A DNA stretch of 61,575 nt, counting the filler, from Choristocarpus tenellus KU-1152 (Eukaryota > Protista > Phaeophyceae), in NCBI GenBank assembly GCA_964200185.2. It is 11 parts of 11 records of this genome, joined end to end, with 100 filler letters (N's around TTAATTAATTAA, not from the genome) between each part and the next. Parts side by side here need not be neighbours in the genome. Positions count along the whole stretch, not along the records: positions 1 to 12,721 come from CAXNAD020001727.1; positions 12,822 to 15,507 come from CAXNAD020025651.1; 9 more parts are not named here. The stretch is one strand, 5' to 3'. The translations under genes and the position numbers were made by a program. Shown here piece after piece: positions 1 through 13,008 of this stretch. The notes beneath the pieces were generated by a model. It did not search any database and had not been told where the DNA came from. It saw only the letters and a program-made list of their open reading frames with translations. Positions within the stretch are counted from its first letter, which is position 1. Each line of letters begins with the position of its first letter.

Positions 1-68
1 CCCATGGGAAGCCAAGCCCCAAATGGACAAACAGGGCAAAACTCGTACCCTCTAAGATACTTTCACTC
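1..68 (-). mobile_element. ~257-bp GAG-TIR MITE family, partial copy cut by the window edge
   Basis: Ends ...aaaactcgtaccctctaagatactttcactc, the reverse complement of the left end of the copy at 11927. Confidence 0.85.
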
Positions 69-1228
69 TTCTTGTCTCTACTCTCTGCATCCCTCACCAA
101 TTTCGTTTCAGTCCGCTTTTTGCTCGAATTTGTACTACTTGTCACTCATTGTAAGTGCTTTGGACAATACAATCCTTTCATCCCACCACACATCGCACAC
201 TCTCCAAACACTCATCCTCATCCAAATTGGTTCGGGTCTTGCTTCGTGGTTTTCTGATGTTAACTGTGGTATGAAAGAATGGTTTCTAGCAAGAGGAAAT
301 GGTTTCGGTGGAATGCTCCAACGCTGTCTGGGGATGACGAAGCGAAACACATTTTCTGTATTTGGGGTAAGATACACACATATTTATCTATAATATGTGT
401 GTGTGTGAGAGAGAGAGTTAAACCAACTGAGAGGTAGGCAGGGTGGCATTTTAGGGATCCCAAGAAGGGCTAAAACTATACCATTTTGTACTATGGAAGA
501 ATAAGCCTTTGCTGCATTGTGATGTCACTCTAAGTGTGGAAAGGGGATTATCAGTTTTGCGTGCACTATTGAGCACAAAAGGCAGTGAAAAAAAGTATTT
601 TTAGAGAGGGTAACAAAGATCACTTAGAATGCGAAAGGGTCCAAATCCGGCCAGGTCTCAATTAGTTTGGCTCACATATTTGGCGCATTCTGTTCATGGT
701 AGATACAAACTAAAAGAAGGGTGCATCCTTCCATGTTTCCATGTGGAGCTGGCCTTCAGGACTTCATATTGATTGATGTTTGAGTTACAAAATATTGAAG
801 CAGGGTTGAAGCGTTTTATGATTTCCCAGGCTCAGCATTATTTCTTTAGATCTCTACATCGGCTATCATATCTTCATGCACCTCTTCGTCCAGACCCTCC
901 TGCTCTTCACTGCATTCTCTATAACTCGGGGAATGAATTTGATCTTCAGTTTCATAGTGAGCAATGAGGTTCTCCTCCCTCAGTTTGATCTCTTCATCCT
1001 TCTTAGTTGTCTTCAAGTTAACTTCTTCATCCAACCACGTTAGCTTCATTCAAGGCTAGCAACTCGGCCTTTGTATCCTAACTATAAATTGAAGGGGGAA
1101 ATAAGAGTCAAGGGGGAATGAATGAATGCATACCATCTATTTTATGCCTACACACTCTAATAGGCAACGATCACCATCCAGCCACCTTTTGTCACTATTG
1201 TGTTGTTTTAGGTCGGAATCGGCTATTT

Positions 1229-1340
1229 AACAGCCGATTTCAAAAATTAAAAAAACATATCGACACTTTATCCCAGTCAATTTTGGGTCAAGCCCATCCT
1301 CAATGAAAAGCTCCATCCTCAATTTTTTTAATCGGCTGTT
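1229..1340. mobile_element. 112-bp MITE with ~20-bp TIRs (aacagccgatttcaaaaatt / aattttttaatcggctgtt)
   Basis: Imperfect TIRs with ATTT on both flanks. The right part recurs almost identically at 43561-43628 on another contig. Confidence 0.7.
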
Positions 1341-1655
1341 ATTTGGGGTTTAAGAGAATATAACAGGCAATCTCCACACAAACAAATTTGTATTACCTTA
1401 GGTCAAGCGTCTACCAATAGAAAATATATAGAATTCCTACCTATCAGATCATTGTTCTCTTCAAACAGATTAAAAACAAATCATACCTATTAGTACGAAG
1501 ATCCTAATCTTTCCGATGTACCTCTACCATTCATAGTTTTACAACACTAATCTACTATCTCCTTAACTGTTCATACTATTACTACCTACTCCGATAATAA
1601 TGCCTTAATGTAACTAACTGTATAAATAAACACACTTGATTTAAGAACAGAATAT

Positions 1656-1718
1656 ATTTTATTATTATGCCCTCTGACATTTTGCAGATGTGTCAGGGGA
1701 AAACCAATGAAAACTATT
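1656..1718 (-). mobile_element. ~62-bp retroposed copy of the CRE LINE 3' end, with a 12-bp TSD
   Basis: AGAACAGAATAT lies at 1644-1655 and 1719-1730. The minus strand ends tgtcagagggcataataataaaa, matching the LINE tail near 37838-37862. A second copy is at ~27649. Confidence 0.75.
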
Positions 1719-1849
1719 AGAACAGAATATTGTGGTGAATAGTATGTCAAAGTTGTGGGTTTTCTTGTAGCCGCCCAGAGCAAAATATAAAAATATTCAA
1801 TAAAATGGAACAACCGTGTACAAACAACGATTCTATATGCGAGGATGTT

Positions 1850-3091
1850 GTTTTCATCTTGAAGAAAGTAGAATTACTCGAAGGATGTAGGTGCAAGGAA
1901 ATCCTGATTGAGGAAATGAGCAAATAAGAACCGAAGACCCAAGGTCGGCCTGGATCTTTTTAGGAACCGTTTCTCCTGCACTGTGGTCATCATGATGCAT
2001 ACCTGAAGTCGCTGGCCCGTCCTGGTTCGAGGTAAACCTCCTATCATAGTTATCAGGGACCCACAAAATGGGGTCTGCAATGGTGTCGTGTATTCTGATC
2101 ATAGGAATGCTGATGGTGATATTTCCCTGGTTTAAGGTAAGCTGGTTATTGTAATATATTGCCCAGAGCTCTAACCCAGATTGATCGGTGTTTCTTATCC
2201 TGAAGCCTTCCATTTCACCATGCCTAGTCGTCCATTTTCCGGATACTCATGGACCATGTCCCGTCCTCAGCTTGAGAACGCTGAAGCACCTACTCTTGAT
2301 GGGGATGCGCCGCAACAAACGCTGGAAGGTGTGGCTCATATTGAGCTTGGTGGTCCCCCATTGCCGTCTTGTAATCTCTCCGAAAATGTTGACTTAAGGT
2401 GGGGTATTGTGCTGCACAGATTAGTACGTCACATTGCAGTTTGTTTTGACGCACGGGATAATCTCATGAAATCCACTCCTCCTATATTGATTGGAAGACT
2501 GCATTTCATAGGTCACTGTGGGCATGCAGAGGCGATATTGGTGGGATTTATATCACAAGAAGTTCCTTTCCCGGCTCTCACTCCATCTTGTAGCTGTGTG
2601 ATGGTAGATAGCCGTAATCAGCCGTAATCAGCCGTAATCACTAAAGAACATTTTTCTACCACAGTCCGTCTGAGATTCATTTTATAGCAGATTTTCAATC
2701 GGGGTGGATGACCACAGTTCAAGTTCCACACGTGTATCACGCTGTTTCTCACGGTTTCCCTAACCTCTTGTATCTTCTTCGTGAACGCGCCCAATACCTA
2801 CCATCTCAGTCACTGCCACACATTCTGTCCTCCTGAGGTCTCACCCCCTCGAGATGTATGCCTCAAGGGTTTGCCCCAGAGCGGTGAGCGAAGTTTGTAG
2901 TGTCTGTCTGCAATGTGAAGTAGTGATGGATATCCTCTCTGTTGAGACATGTTAAGTACCGGCTTAACCAATAGTGGTGACTAGTTGGACTGTACCTTCA
3001 AACATCACCACCTGTGCTGACCTTGTGCTGCATTGTTGGTGCAGTCAATTGAAACGATTCCCTTCAATCCCACCTGCCGAGCTCTCTCTTT

Positions 3092-3136
<45 letters not shown>

Positions 3137-5222
3137 CCAGTCGTCCCCTTTCCCTTACAATCCCGGACAATTCCGTAATCATTTTCACCATCTCTCACAG
3201 GTACAACCTGGTTTGAGATCCTTCTTATGACTTTGGTGGAGTATCACTGCCAGGCCACTGGGGCCTGCATCGTCTCCAAGGACTCTCCCCAGGATACCGT
3301 GTATGAGGTGCACACAGTGTACGAGGTGCATGCACTAAGTTTTTTTTACAGTGCTTTAGGTACTCCAGTTCAACATAAGAGTGCAAGTTTTAGAATTCGT
3401 TCCAAGAGTTCTACTAGGTGTGGTAGCGCTTACAGCCCAGTCTTTCTTAAGTCTCAAATTTATTGCACAGAAAAAGCACAGTGGCCCCTACAGCAGAAGC
3501 CTCAGAATCAACTCCTGAAGTAAGTGCTCACAGAATGGGACTTTCCCATAGACTGAAGAGGATACTAGAAGCAATGCACCCCAACGTGCAGTACAAATTC
3601 CTTCTTGTTCTGAGTTGTGAAATTTGATGCTCTAGGTTAGGGGTTCAACTTCTATGAACACGAGGAGTGACCAGCAATGTGAATTGACCATTTTTTTTAG
3701 AGGCTTTTCTATCAAGGGGGTGTGCAGACCAGAAATAACGCATGGATTCTTCCCTCACAATCCATCCTCGGTTGTTGTAGCATGCATATAATCCATGCAT
3801 ATAGTGTACATAGGCTCACCGTGATACGAGTGCATTACTTCCAAGCATGACTTAATTTCTCCAGATCACTCTGGAGTGTGCTGATATTAGTCTCATAGTT
3901 CAAACCATTATATGTAAGAACTGGCACCCTGAACTCACATTTGAACACACACTTCGCTTGCACGAGTGATGCTGCCACAAATGTTACCCAAAAGTTAACT
4001 ATTAACTATTACACAGCATGACACTTGCCAAATCGTTCGTGTTGGCAACTTCGCACCACTCAACAACTATAATACAACAGCTCCGTGATACTGAGAGCAA
4101 GAAGGTATCTTTACGGTGGTCAGCTTCTGACCACATCTCAGGCTGCTTCAAGCATGACAGCCTTGTCCCCTGGCTTGGGAATGTGGTCATCATGCGGGAT
4201 CCTCGGGACAGCATCCCAAGTCACTGGCGAAACACCCATCGGTAGGTGTGACAACAGGTGGGAGAGTGCAGGGATGACTAGCTCACTTCCAAGGCTTTCC
4301 AAGTGACAGCATTGTTATAACTGGAGGCATCGATAGGTGGCAGGGCAGGGTGGGGTGGGGGAGTGACTAGTTTGATCTGGACAAAGAACTTTGTACATGA
4401 TCTTTTGGACTGGACTATTGCTTTGCAGCGATAATCAAGAGTCGCTCAGTATTTGAGCTGAATTATGAACAGATGACTTGTTTTTGGAGATGCGCAGTGA
4501 TGGGCTTGTGCTAATCATCTCTTGCAACCGTGGACCTGTGGGAATAGCTCTATGCTCAGAGTACATCCAGTTTGTTTGGTGGGGTTGTGGTTCTCCCATA
4601 GATTCAGTGATGCTGCTTTTGGACTTTGGTTTACTTTTGCCTACACAGTAATTTTGTACCACAGTAATTTATACCACAGCCTCTTTGGTACTTTTTTCCT
4701 GGTGCCAATTCCTGGTACCAACTAGGGGGATCTACTATCCCGATGTGTAGACTGGCGTGTGTACTTGTGTGTGTTTGCTCCCACCCAACAATGGTTAACT
4801 AATAGCCAACGTATTACTTAAGTGACCTGTCAACTGATACGACAACTGGCCAGGAAACGCGGTGAGACTGCCCCGGAAGCTGCTCAGGGAATTGTGTCCA
4901 CTGCTCATGCTGTTGCAGCGATAACGAGGAGAATTGCTAAGCTGAAAAGTCAGCTGAATTTTGCAACCAAAAGTGCTAAAATGAGTGGGTGGGTACTGCA
5001 CTGGTCTAGCAGGGTGGGTGGAGTGTATGTAATGGGGCAGGGCAAAGGAGGGGTCTACAGATTCAAGAACTGTATTATTTGTTGCTCTGGTCGAAATTGG
5101 TTGATCACGATAGAAGCTCTCAAGGCGATGCCAAGGTTAAAACATAGATGCAGAAATTAGATTTAGAGGATCGGGGAGGCCTGCAGGGTGAAAGCATTGC
5201 ATTCCATTGGCTGTTGGTGACA
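1850..5222 (-). mobile_element. Degenerate Ty3/Gypsy-like LTR retrotransposon (candidate 5' LTR ~4722-5222, PBS, decayed gag-pol)
   Basis: The minus strand starts TGTCA at 5222. PBS-like TGGTACCAG (iMet type) at 4720-4712. Gag-like SSVHNSAQILSDS near 4450. Integrase-like remnants (GHP.., IPP..P, YNN..ISP) at ~2100-2750. Many stops and frameshifts; boundaries approximate. Confidence 0.55.
3085..3134. repeat. (CT)n microsatellite
   Basis: Seen directly. Confidence 0.95.
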
Positions 5223-7899
5223 TGTAGCCTATTCTATTGGTTAATGTTTTGCTTTCATTTCGTTCCAGTCCCCTACACCCCCATTGTCACTATTATTCAT
5301 TATTATTAATATTTTATGGGTGTAATTTGGTTTCCTCTCATTTGTTATGATGCATGACCTTTCCAGTTATGCGAGCCTTGATACACCAAGCAACAACTGG
5401 GCCAGTCTGCGTCCAATGGCATCAGGGTTGACTGGATATCTGCTTGGTTAGGTTCAAGTGGAGAAACACAATCTATGTGGTGCAAAGTAGGTCATCCTAC
5501 ATGTAGGTGGCCTTTTGACCCTCTGCACCACTCACCCGCCTACTTCTCCCTGACTGCGCTCTCCCAGGTTGAAGACAAGAGTAGAAGGCGGTAAAGGGTC
5601 GCGTGTCCTGTACAAAACAAAAAATAGGGAGAGAAGACATGAGCGATTGCAACCAAACCCTTACAGAAAGAAGAAAAAGAAGACCGGGTCGGCTCACATT
5701 GTGCGATATGAAGCACTTAAGGATAGGGAGCAGGGGAGGATGGTGAGGCATGTGATGAGAGCATTTCCTGTTGGAAGAGGTAGGAGGTGGAAGACATGTT
5801 CACTTTCCTTTCCAATATCATGTTTAGCTCACCGCCCCTTCTCCCCCTTCTCCATATTGTACCGTTTTTTGTGGTGATATAAAGGCACTGGCGGGAATTG
5901 GGAAGTACTTTGGGCTGCAGAGGTTTGGTGGTGAAGTGAGCGTCGAAGTTTTGGATAAGGTGAGTCATAGGTGACCACATATGTCTTGGTAAAACATAAC
6001 AGACTCTTGATTTATTCCAGAAATTTGTTGAGAAAGAAGGAGGTACGAATCCCTTGGTCCTTTTGGTAAATGTTTGTAAAGGGCTAGAATCATCTCTGTA
6101 CAAGCTCTTTCTTTTGGTACTGTGCAGAGATTCTTGTGACCAACCCCTTGCAGGTCTTGTCGGATACCTCATTCGATGAGCTAAAGGAGGAGACAAAGGA
6201 TCTGAAGGGTAAGGATGGGGTCACGGGTCTCAATGCAACACGGATGCGAGATGGACTGAGTGGGATCAAAAATCGTAAACGCTTCTTCGATGACAACACG
6301 CTCAGGTGACTCTTCTACAAAATGACTGCAAAACCTTGACTGATTACAAATTTACGGCCTTTTCCTTGGCTCTAAGTGAGGTGGGAAGGGGAGAGGTCTC
6401 TCCTCTCTCCCCTGTATTCTCATTACTATGCTCACATGTTTCATGTTTCTCCTTGCATGTTTTCTAACCCCTTACAGAAAAATGGATAACGTGCTTGAAA
6501 GTAGTGGCAGGGCTGGAACTCTGTTCCTGGGTTACCAGCCCCCAGGTGATCAAGCTTAGAACCCTACACAACCAAATTTCGTTCGCTGGGGAACATCAAG
6601 CCACATACGCTTGAGAGTGCTAGCCATATGATGAGTGTCTCCAAGAGGAAGAGGAAGGGGGCAGAGCTTTACCTAGTGCAGCGGTAAGCTGGACTGTGTG
6701 CTGTCTTTGATTGTAGTGGGTCCTTCCTGGGAGAGGAGTCCACAACGGTATGCCCGAAGTGTTCCTTGTAATATCATGCCCATGATTGATGCGTCGTGAT
6801 TATCACAGCAAGCACATGGTGCTGTTGCTAGCTAGAGGCCCCCAGTCATCTCAGGAAGTGCTGCTTATTACTAATTTTCCCCCCTACACACTATGCCCAA
6901 ATCTGGGCTGATCCATGGTCAGATAGTAACAGAAAGAGAGAAAGATTTTTCGATAAGAGAAATCAAGACACACAAAGAGATGAAAAACCAAGGAGAAACC
7001 CCTTCCGACAAAATAACGCAAATTCTGGCATACAATTCCACGGACGACTGCTCCAAGGTATACAAGCGCCCACCAATGCAAACATCACTCAAAATAACAA
7101 AAAAAACACCGAATGAAAAGAATTTCGATGATACAAGGGGAATATGTCAGATAGAGATCCTATCGCTTCTGTCTCTTAGCATGGTAAGCCATGGTAGAAC
7201 ACCATCACTGGCTCCATAACCCGTCCACCTCAACATGCCCTTTCCTCCATCTGGCGAGATGCCAACAATGAGATTGGTCAGAGAGGTAGTGGCTCAAAGT
7301 ATTTGGGGAGGTGGGGGGAAGGTTCTACACCAGGGTGTCCATTTGGGCCCTGACCAGGAAAAGTGCACTTACATTATCCATCCAACACATGCAACTAAAT
7401 CACCCAAAGATCGCGACATGGAAAAATGGGCCCAAAATGGACATCCGCCAACCCCCCCCCCAGATACTTTGAGCTAGTCACCCTACTTAATAAACCTCTT
7501 TTGCAGGCTGCATGCCAATTGAAGGATACTGAGGGGAAGGAGATGCAATAATAGGTGACAGCCCACCAGATGATGCATCCTCGTCGACAAGTAAGAAATT
7601 GTTGCGTTTTTTTTTTTTTTCTTTGGAATGTTTGCTTGTTGCATTCATAATTAACCAGTAGGATACCCCTCAAGAGACACACAAAGAGTACCTTCCCACT
7701 CTTCTTGTTCAGCACAACATATAAAGATAAAGACAAATTGGCTAGCAGGGTAACCGATTTTTCTTCAGGGGGTCAGACAATAAATCTCACTATTTCCCTG
7801 ATTGATGAACATGACGACAAGCGTGCTGATTCGTCGCACTATGAAGTACTTCCTCCGTTCGGAATTAAATGTAATGTAACTTTTTCTCGCCTGGAAATG

Positions 7900-8100
7900 A
7901 CCCACATATTATACCCTCTGTAGGAGGGTTAGTTCTCGTAGAGATTGGGAGGCGTGCAAAGTTTGAGGTGGTGGCCTGCCATGACTGTGGAGGATCACCA
8001 GTGCAAAGTCGATCAAGTCGAATTTGATGGGGTTCCAAAACATCATAAAAATTTCAAAGTGGGTGTTTATTGGGATACCTAGGACGAAGACCCCCCTGTT
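7900..8100. repeat. Dispersed repeat, homologous in inverted orientation to ~50600-50820
   Basis: atcaccagtgcaaagtcga..aatttga(t/c)gggg and ggacgaag are shared with the reverse complement of 50600-50730. Confidence 0.65.
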
Positions 8101-8833
8101 GTTCAAGCGGTTGGCTCATCTTCTTGTTGCCTGGCAACCCAACAAAGAGTGGCGTGGAGGTGCAATCCCCTGATGCAAGAGGGCGCGGACTCAGATGCCT
8201 CAGGGGATGGCGGCGGTCATTGTAGAGGATTTGTAGTTTCCTGAATCACAGTGTTGTTTAGGATGTCCTAGTACACCCCACCTCCTTCCGCAAATGGACG
8301 CCCAAAGCTGGGGTCTCCATTGCCTCGTTGTGGGATCTGTGCGAGCATGAGAAGGTGAATACCTCTTTTCTTTGTTTTTCGACAAAATCCAGAAAATATC
8401 CTGCACGCATGTTTGTAAAGGAAGTCAGTCTTTGCACATAATTGCCAGCATTCTTAAAATACAACTCTGGGAGCCTCTCGTTTACTTTGATTCTGAGTGT
8501 TGCGTATGGGACTAAGAGATACGTGTGCTGTCCATGTCTTGGACAGGAGTATTACAGAACGAATCACTTATGTATGTTATGTGTATGTATATGACTTAGT
8601 ATGTATTATGTGCATGTATGTATGTGTGCATAATATGCGTCCTTCTCAGATTTTTTGAGGAGTGACAACACCACCAATTCCAGCAAAGTTTCGGGATGCA
8701 ACATATCATATCTTTCTGTACGTTTTTAATTTGTGGTGTGATTATGAAACATAGGTCATCTTCGTGTCGAGTATTAAAGGAATAAAATATCCATTAGAGT
8801 TGTGTTGATGTAAGATGCCACACCCAATCCACA

Positions 8834-9025
8834 GAAATCTGATGGTGATGGTATAGGTACTACTCTGATCAATCACCTCTCATCAGTAGAGGCATCCTAG
8901 CATAGTCGTTTGATGCATTTTGGAGTTGAGAAAACATTGACTATGCTAGGATACCTAGGATGCCTCTACTACTGGTGAGAGGTGATCGATTAGAGTAGTA
9001 CCTATACCATCGCCATCAAATTTTC
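8834..9025. repeat. Foldback inverted repeat, arms of ~75-85 bp around a ~30-bp loop
   Basis: gatggtgatggtataggtactactct...ctagcatagtc pairs with gactatgctag...agagtagtacctataccatcgccatc. Confidence 0.85.
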
Positions 9026-9199
9026 GACTATGACAACACTCCGCCATCCAAGGTCTCAACAGAAAAGGGAAATAAACGCGAATAACCTCATCACCCACCA
9101 GATGCTCATACCAACCTCCAAGACCCATAAAAGACGCACACACACACACACATGATTGGATGCCACTGAAGGTTTGCGTACCAGGAGGGAAATACCATC

Positions 9200-10720
9200 A
9201 TCCTGGTTATACTAGTCTTTGCTAGTAGACTCTAAACACTCTTCACTTCTAACACCAGTATTTCACCCACACTAAAGTAAGACACTCAAGAACTTTCTCT
9301 GCTCTGTCTGAACCCCATCTAATTCCTTCCTCAAGAATCAAGATCCTTACTGCCCTACTCAGGGGATCTAGCTCCTGCATTTGTGCCCATCCTTCTAGAG
9401 GTGTGCAAGTTTTTGTGGATAGACTTGGATGATTTTGTCGATTAGCCCACATGCTCTGATCTCTATCTCAGTAGCCAACTCTTCCTGTTCGTCCTGTACA
9501 CAATTATCACATCTTCCAACTCAAATAACCTAGTAGTTTGGGGGTCCATGTAGTCTCTACCGAACCTTCTGCTCCCAAATTTTCAATTACTCATCTGACC
9601 TGTTCCTTCCTATTCCTATAAAAACTTCCATGCAATGGGGCAGGCTTTCAACCTCTCACAGCATATCGACTGAATACTCCAAACTCACACCTTCACCCAT
9701 CCCTTGCTAGATCACTCGCTATATGCAGTGCTGAAAACCAACAAAACAGAATGCTAAACTTATGCTACAAAACATTCTTCACATTTTCCGAAATCAAACA
9801 AGTCATCTTCAAACCTATTGCACAATGGGAACATACAGGGCAAACATCCGCAACAGTAGGGTCAGAGATTCCCAATCTCTCACTATCCTCATATCTGGTC
9901 TCAAAGGTAATTGAATTCTTGAACATATGTCTGCGTCATCAACCTTGTTCCCTGACCTATGATGAAAGATGCAGTGATACGCTGCCAAAAACGAAAACCA
10001 ACACTGCACCTGGGTAAACTTCTCAGGCTGCTCCTGCATGTTCACAAGTGCCTAATGATCTATCAACAAATCAAACTTGGTTCTTCACAAATAATGTCTC
10101 GATTTTTTCACAACCCAAATAATAACCAAACCCTCGGACTCGATCTTAGTCCAATTCCTCTCCCTTTCCAACATAGCCAGATCCAGAAAATGGAGTGGTC
10201 TTACATCTCCATCCTTCCCTTCCCATTCCACCACAGTACCCAGCCCATCAACATAGGCATCAATACCTAACTGAAAAGGACACTCGCCTACGAAGGCGGC
10301 TCAGTGATCTCAACCTGCAAATGCGCGATCTCTCCCCAGAAGTTTCAAGGCCTTCCCAACACTTCCCAACAGCCTCAACATGTTTATCAGTCGGCTCAAG
10401 AGGTACCCCTTTATCAACAAGTCAGCCAAGGGATGTAAGATCGTTGTTAGACCTGGGATAAACCTCCTATAGTATGACGAAACCCCCAACAAAGAACGTA
10501 AATGGTACAGATCTGTGTAGGCAGCACTAAGATAGCCAAAGCTTACTTTCTTTGGATCGGGATAAATACCCTAATTATGCGCAAAATATCCCAAGAATGA
10601 GATTGATGCCATTCCAATAAAAATCTTTTTTGGAGCCGGTTTCAAGTTTAACTTTGCAACCACTCCAACAACGACCTAAGATCCTGGGAGTGCTTGTTTA
10701 CCCCTCTTAATTGGCAAAAC
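9200..10720 (-). mobile_element. Degenerate Ty3/Gypsy pol remnant (RT C-terminus and RNase H)
   Basis: Minus strand reads LKPAPKKIFIGMASISFLGY..GIYPDPKKV..LRSLLGVSSYYRRFIPG, then ERNWTKIESEGLVIIWVVKKSRHYL*RTKFDLLIDH*AL..QVQCWFSFLAAY..HRSGNKVDDADICSR. In-frame stops are present. Confidence 0.85.
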
Positions 10721-11926
10721 AAATCGTTGGTGTATGTACGGATGACCCTACCTGACCCAGTCAAATGGCCTCCTTTCTCTCCTACCATCCTCCTTGCCCT
10801 ATTTGCAAATTAGTCAACAGAAGACACAAACTCCACCATCTGACTAACATCTAGCCTCCAACGGCAAGTGATGTGCAACTGGACCGACATCAAGGAGGGA
10901 AGTCTCTTTCATGTAGATCAGGGTGAGAGGAAAAAACAGAGGCTGAGACCACCATAGATCAGCGTCTATGCTCGCTTGATAGTGTGCAACCCCCGCAGCA
11001 TAGCAGTTGCGTTTCTATCTAGAAAGCCCATTGCTGCCTCCAAAGGTTTGTCTCCCTCACCTGTCAAAGGGTCTTCGGTCTCTGCAAGATAGGTGTGGTC
11101 TGCCTCCCGATCTTCTTCTGTTTTTTTTACTCTGGAGGTGATGCCTACCAAGAGCACGCCCAAAAGTACACAAATAAAATGGACAAAACACCCCTCTACG
11201 CCCAAACAAACAATTGCACACAACCAGACGTAGGAGGGGGGAGAGGGTGGAGTACCTTGGGTACAAATCATAAGAACGCCACCACAGTACCAGTGTACCA
11301 AGACAGCACACCAGTCAGAAAAAACGAAAACATCAATAACATAAACGATCCCAAATCTAGTACACTCATACAACAGAGAGCTTCAACAAGGAGTCCAAAG
11401 TTTGATACACTTCTTTTGAAAAAGAGGTCAGCAGAAATCGGGCTAAAGTAGACTCACAGGAGTCGTGCATGTTACTAACAATGAAACAGGGGGTGCTAAC
11501 AAAACCTGAAGAATCCCAACTTCGCAACTGGAAAGGTTGGACCACCAATCGCATGTATCAACCGTGCACTCCTTGACATTGCCAACCAAAGTTTTGATCC
11601 TCCACAACCAAGTTGTCAAGGAAAGAAGTCTGTCTGAACATCAACCAAAATGCATCGGCCAAATACCATTTACTAATTCCCCTGAACCAAACAATTTGCC
11701 TCTTATATCAAGTCATTTAGTCAAGGGGTTCGGACATCAACCAATGCAATTGATCAGACACCCTTCAGCCAAATCACCTCATCCAAACGCTGATGCAGTC
11801 TTGTCTCAGCCATAAGTCCCATGCTAATAATGGCAAAGGCACGGGCCCTCTCCTCTCTATCAACATTCCCACCAGCAGGTATTTAGAGCTGACTTACAAC
11901 TGAGTCTGCAGGAATTACCATCTTTG

Positions 11927-12182
11927 GAGTGAAAGTATCTTAGAGGGTACGAGTTTTGCCCTGTTTGTCCATTTGGGGCTTGGCTTCCCTCGTTTTTTAA
12001 TGACATTTGCCTAGTCCAGAATATTTCGGAGTATATAAAATGTATACGTTATGAAAATGTGTATCCGGAACAAGGATATTGACACTTCCTAACAAATACG
12101 ATAGCCAAAATTACATCAAAATCGCAACATTAGATTTGGCCCCCAAATGGACGCGGCTCTACCCTCTAAGATACTTTGGCTC
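11927..12182 (+). mobile_element. ~257-bp GAG-TIR MITE, full copy, TSD TTG
   Basis: gagtgaaagtatcttagagggta ... taccctctaagatactttggctc, with TTG on both flanks. Confidence 0.92.
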
Positions 12183-12721
12183 TTGCTTCTACCTCACCAA
12201 GTTATGCAAACGTATAGATCAAAGCAAATGAATATCCTAACAACGCTTCGTCAGTTTGACACATGAAATCCTAGCTTGACACAAGTAGGCACCGGCCTAT
12301 CTCAAGGCCATCACCAAATTCACAACCTGATGACTTTAGCACACGCAAAATGACATCATGATCAACCAACAGAGAGGAAAATAACCTGATAATACAATGA
12401 CAAAGAGAATTTCAATTCCCATAAAACTCGTATGAAGTCAGAGCGGAAAACGTTCTGAAATGTGTCCAGCACTCATGAGCTGCCACCCAGATCTTGCCAT
12501 GTCCTCCTCTCCGATCTGGCAACCACATGAAAGGACAATGTACCAGAATAGAGAGGTTGCCGCAAAATAGGACCGGGCAACCCCAATTTCCCCTCTTTCT
12601 TGACTCCACCGCTACTCACAGGTAATATTCTAGACGGAACCAACTCAAAGTATCTGGGGGGGGGGGGGGGGGGCTACCCCGGGGGGGCCCTTTGAAAAAA
12701 AACCGGAGGAGGACCCTTTTA

Positions 12722-12821
12722 NNNNNNNNNNNNNNNNNNNNNNNNNNNNNNNNNNNNNNNNNNNNTTAATTAATTAANNNNNNNNNNNNNNNNNNNNNNN
12801 NNNNNNNNNNNNNNNNNNNNN
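12722..12821. other. Artificial contig spacer N44-TTAATTAATTAA-N44; also at 15508, 18804, 26748, 34769, 40748, 43461, 46915, 54695 and 58374
   Basis: The same 100-bp linker, with stops in all six frames, occurs ten times. Confidence 0.98.
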
Positions 12822-13008
12822 GAGGGTTATCGGTTATGGTGTGTTTTCCCATTGTTTTTGAGGAATAGAAAAAAATAATATTGGCTGCTGCGGGGTTGCT
12901 CTGTTCGTGTATTTGCTTTCATCAGTTTGTTGTTTATAAAACGTACATATAGAGGATTGTCAGTTTGGGTCTGTTCTCCCGACGTGTGCACGAGGAACCA
13001 AATATATG

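Noticed and set aside
4-393. ORFs overlapping MITE copies (also 14829-15098 and 44543-44785)
   Set aside because: These are chance translations of the non-coding MITE, and the frames are not preserved between copies.
12722-12821. Recurring TTAATTAATTAA palindrome between N runs as a biological motif
   Set aside because: It is a standard six-frame-stop linker used to join contigs. ORFs ending in XXXLIN are artefacts, and gene neighbourhoods across linkers are invalid.
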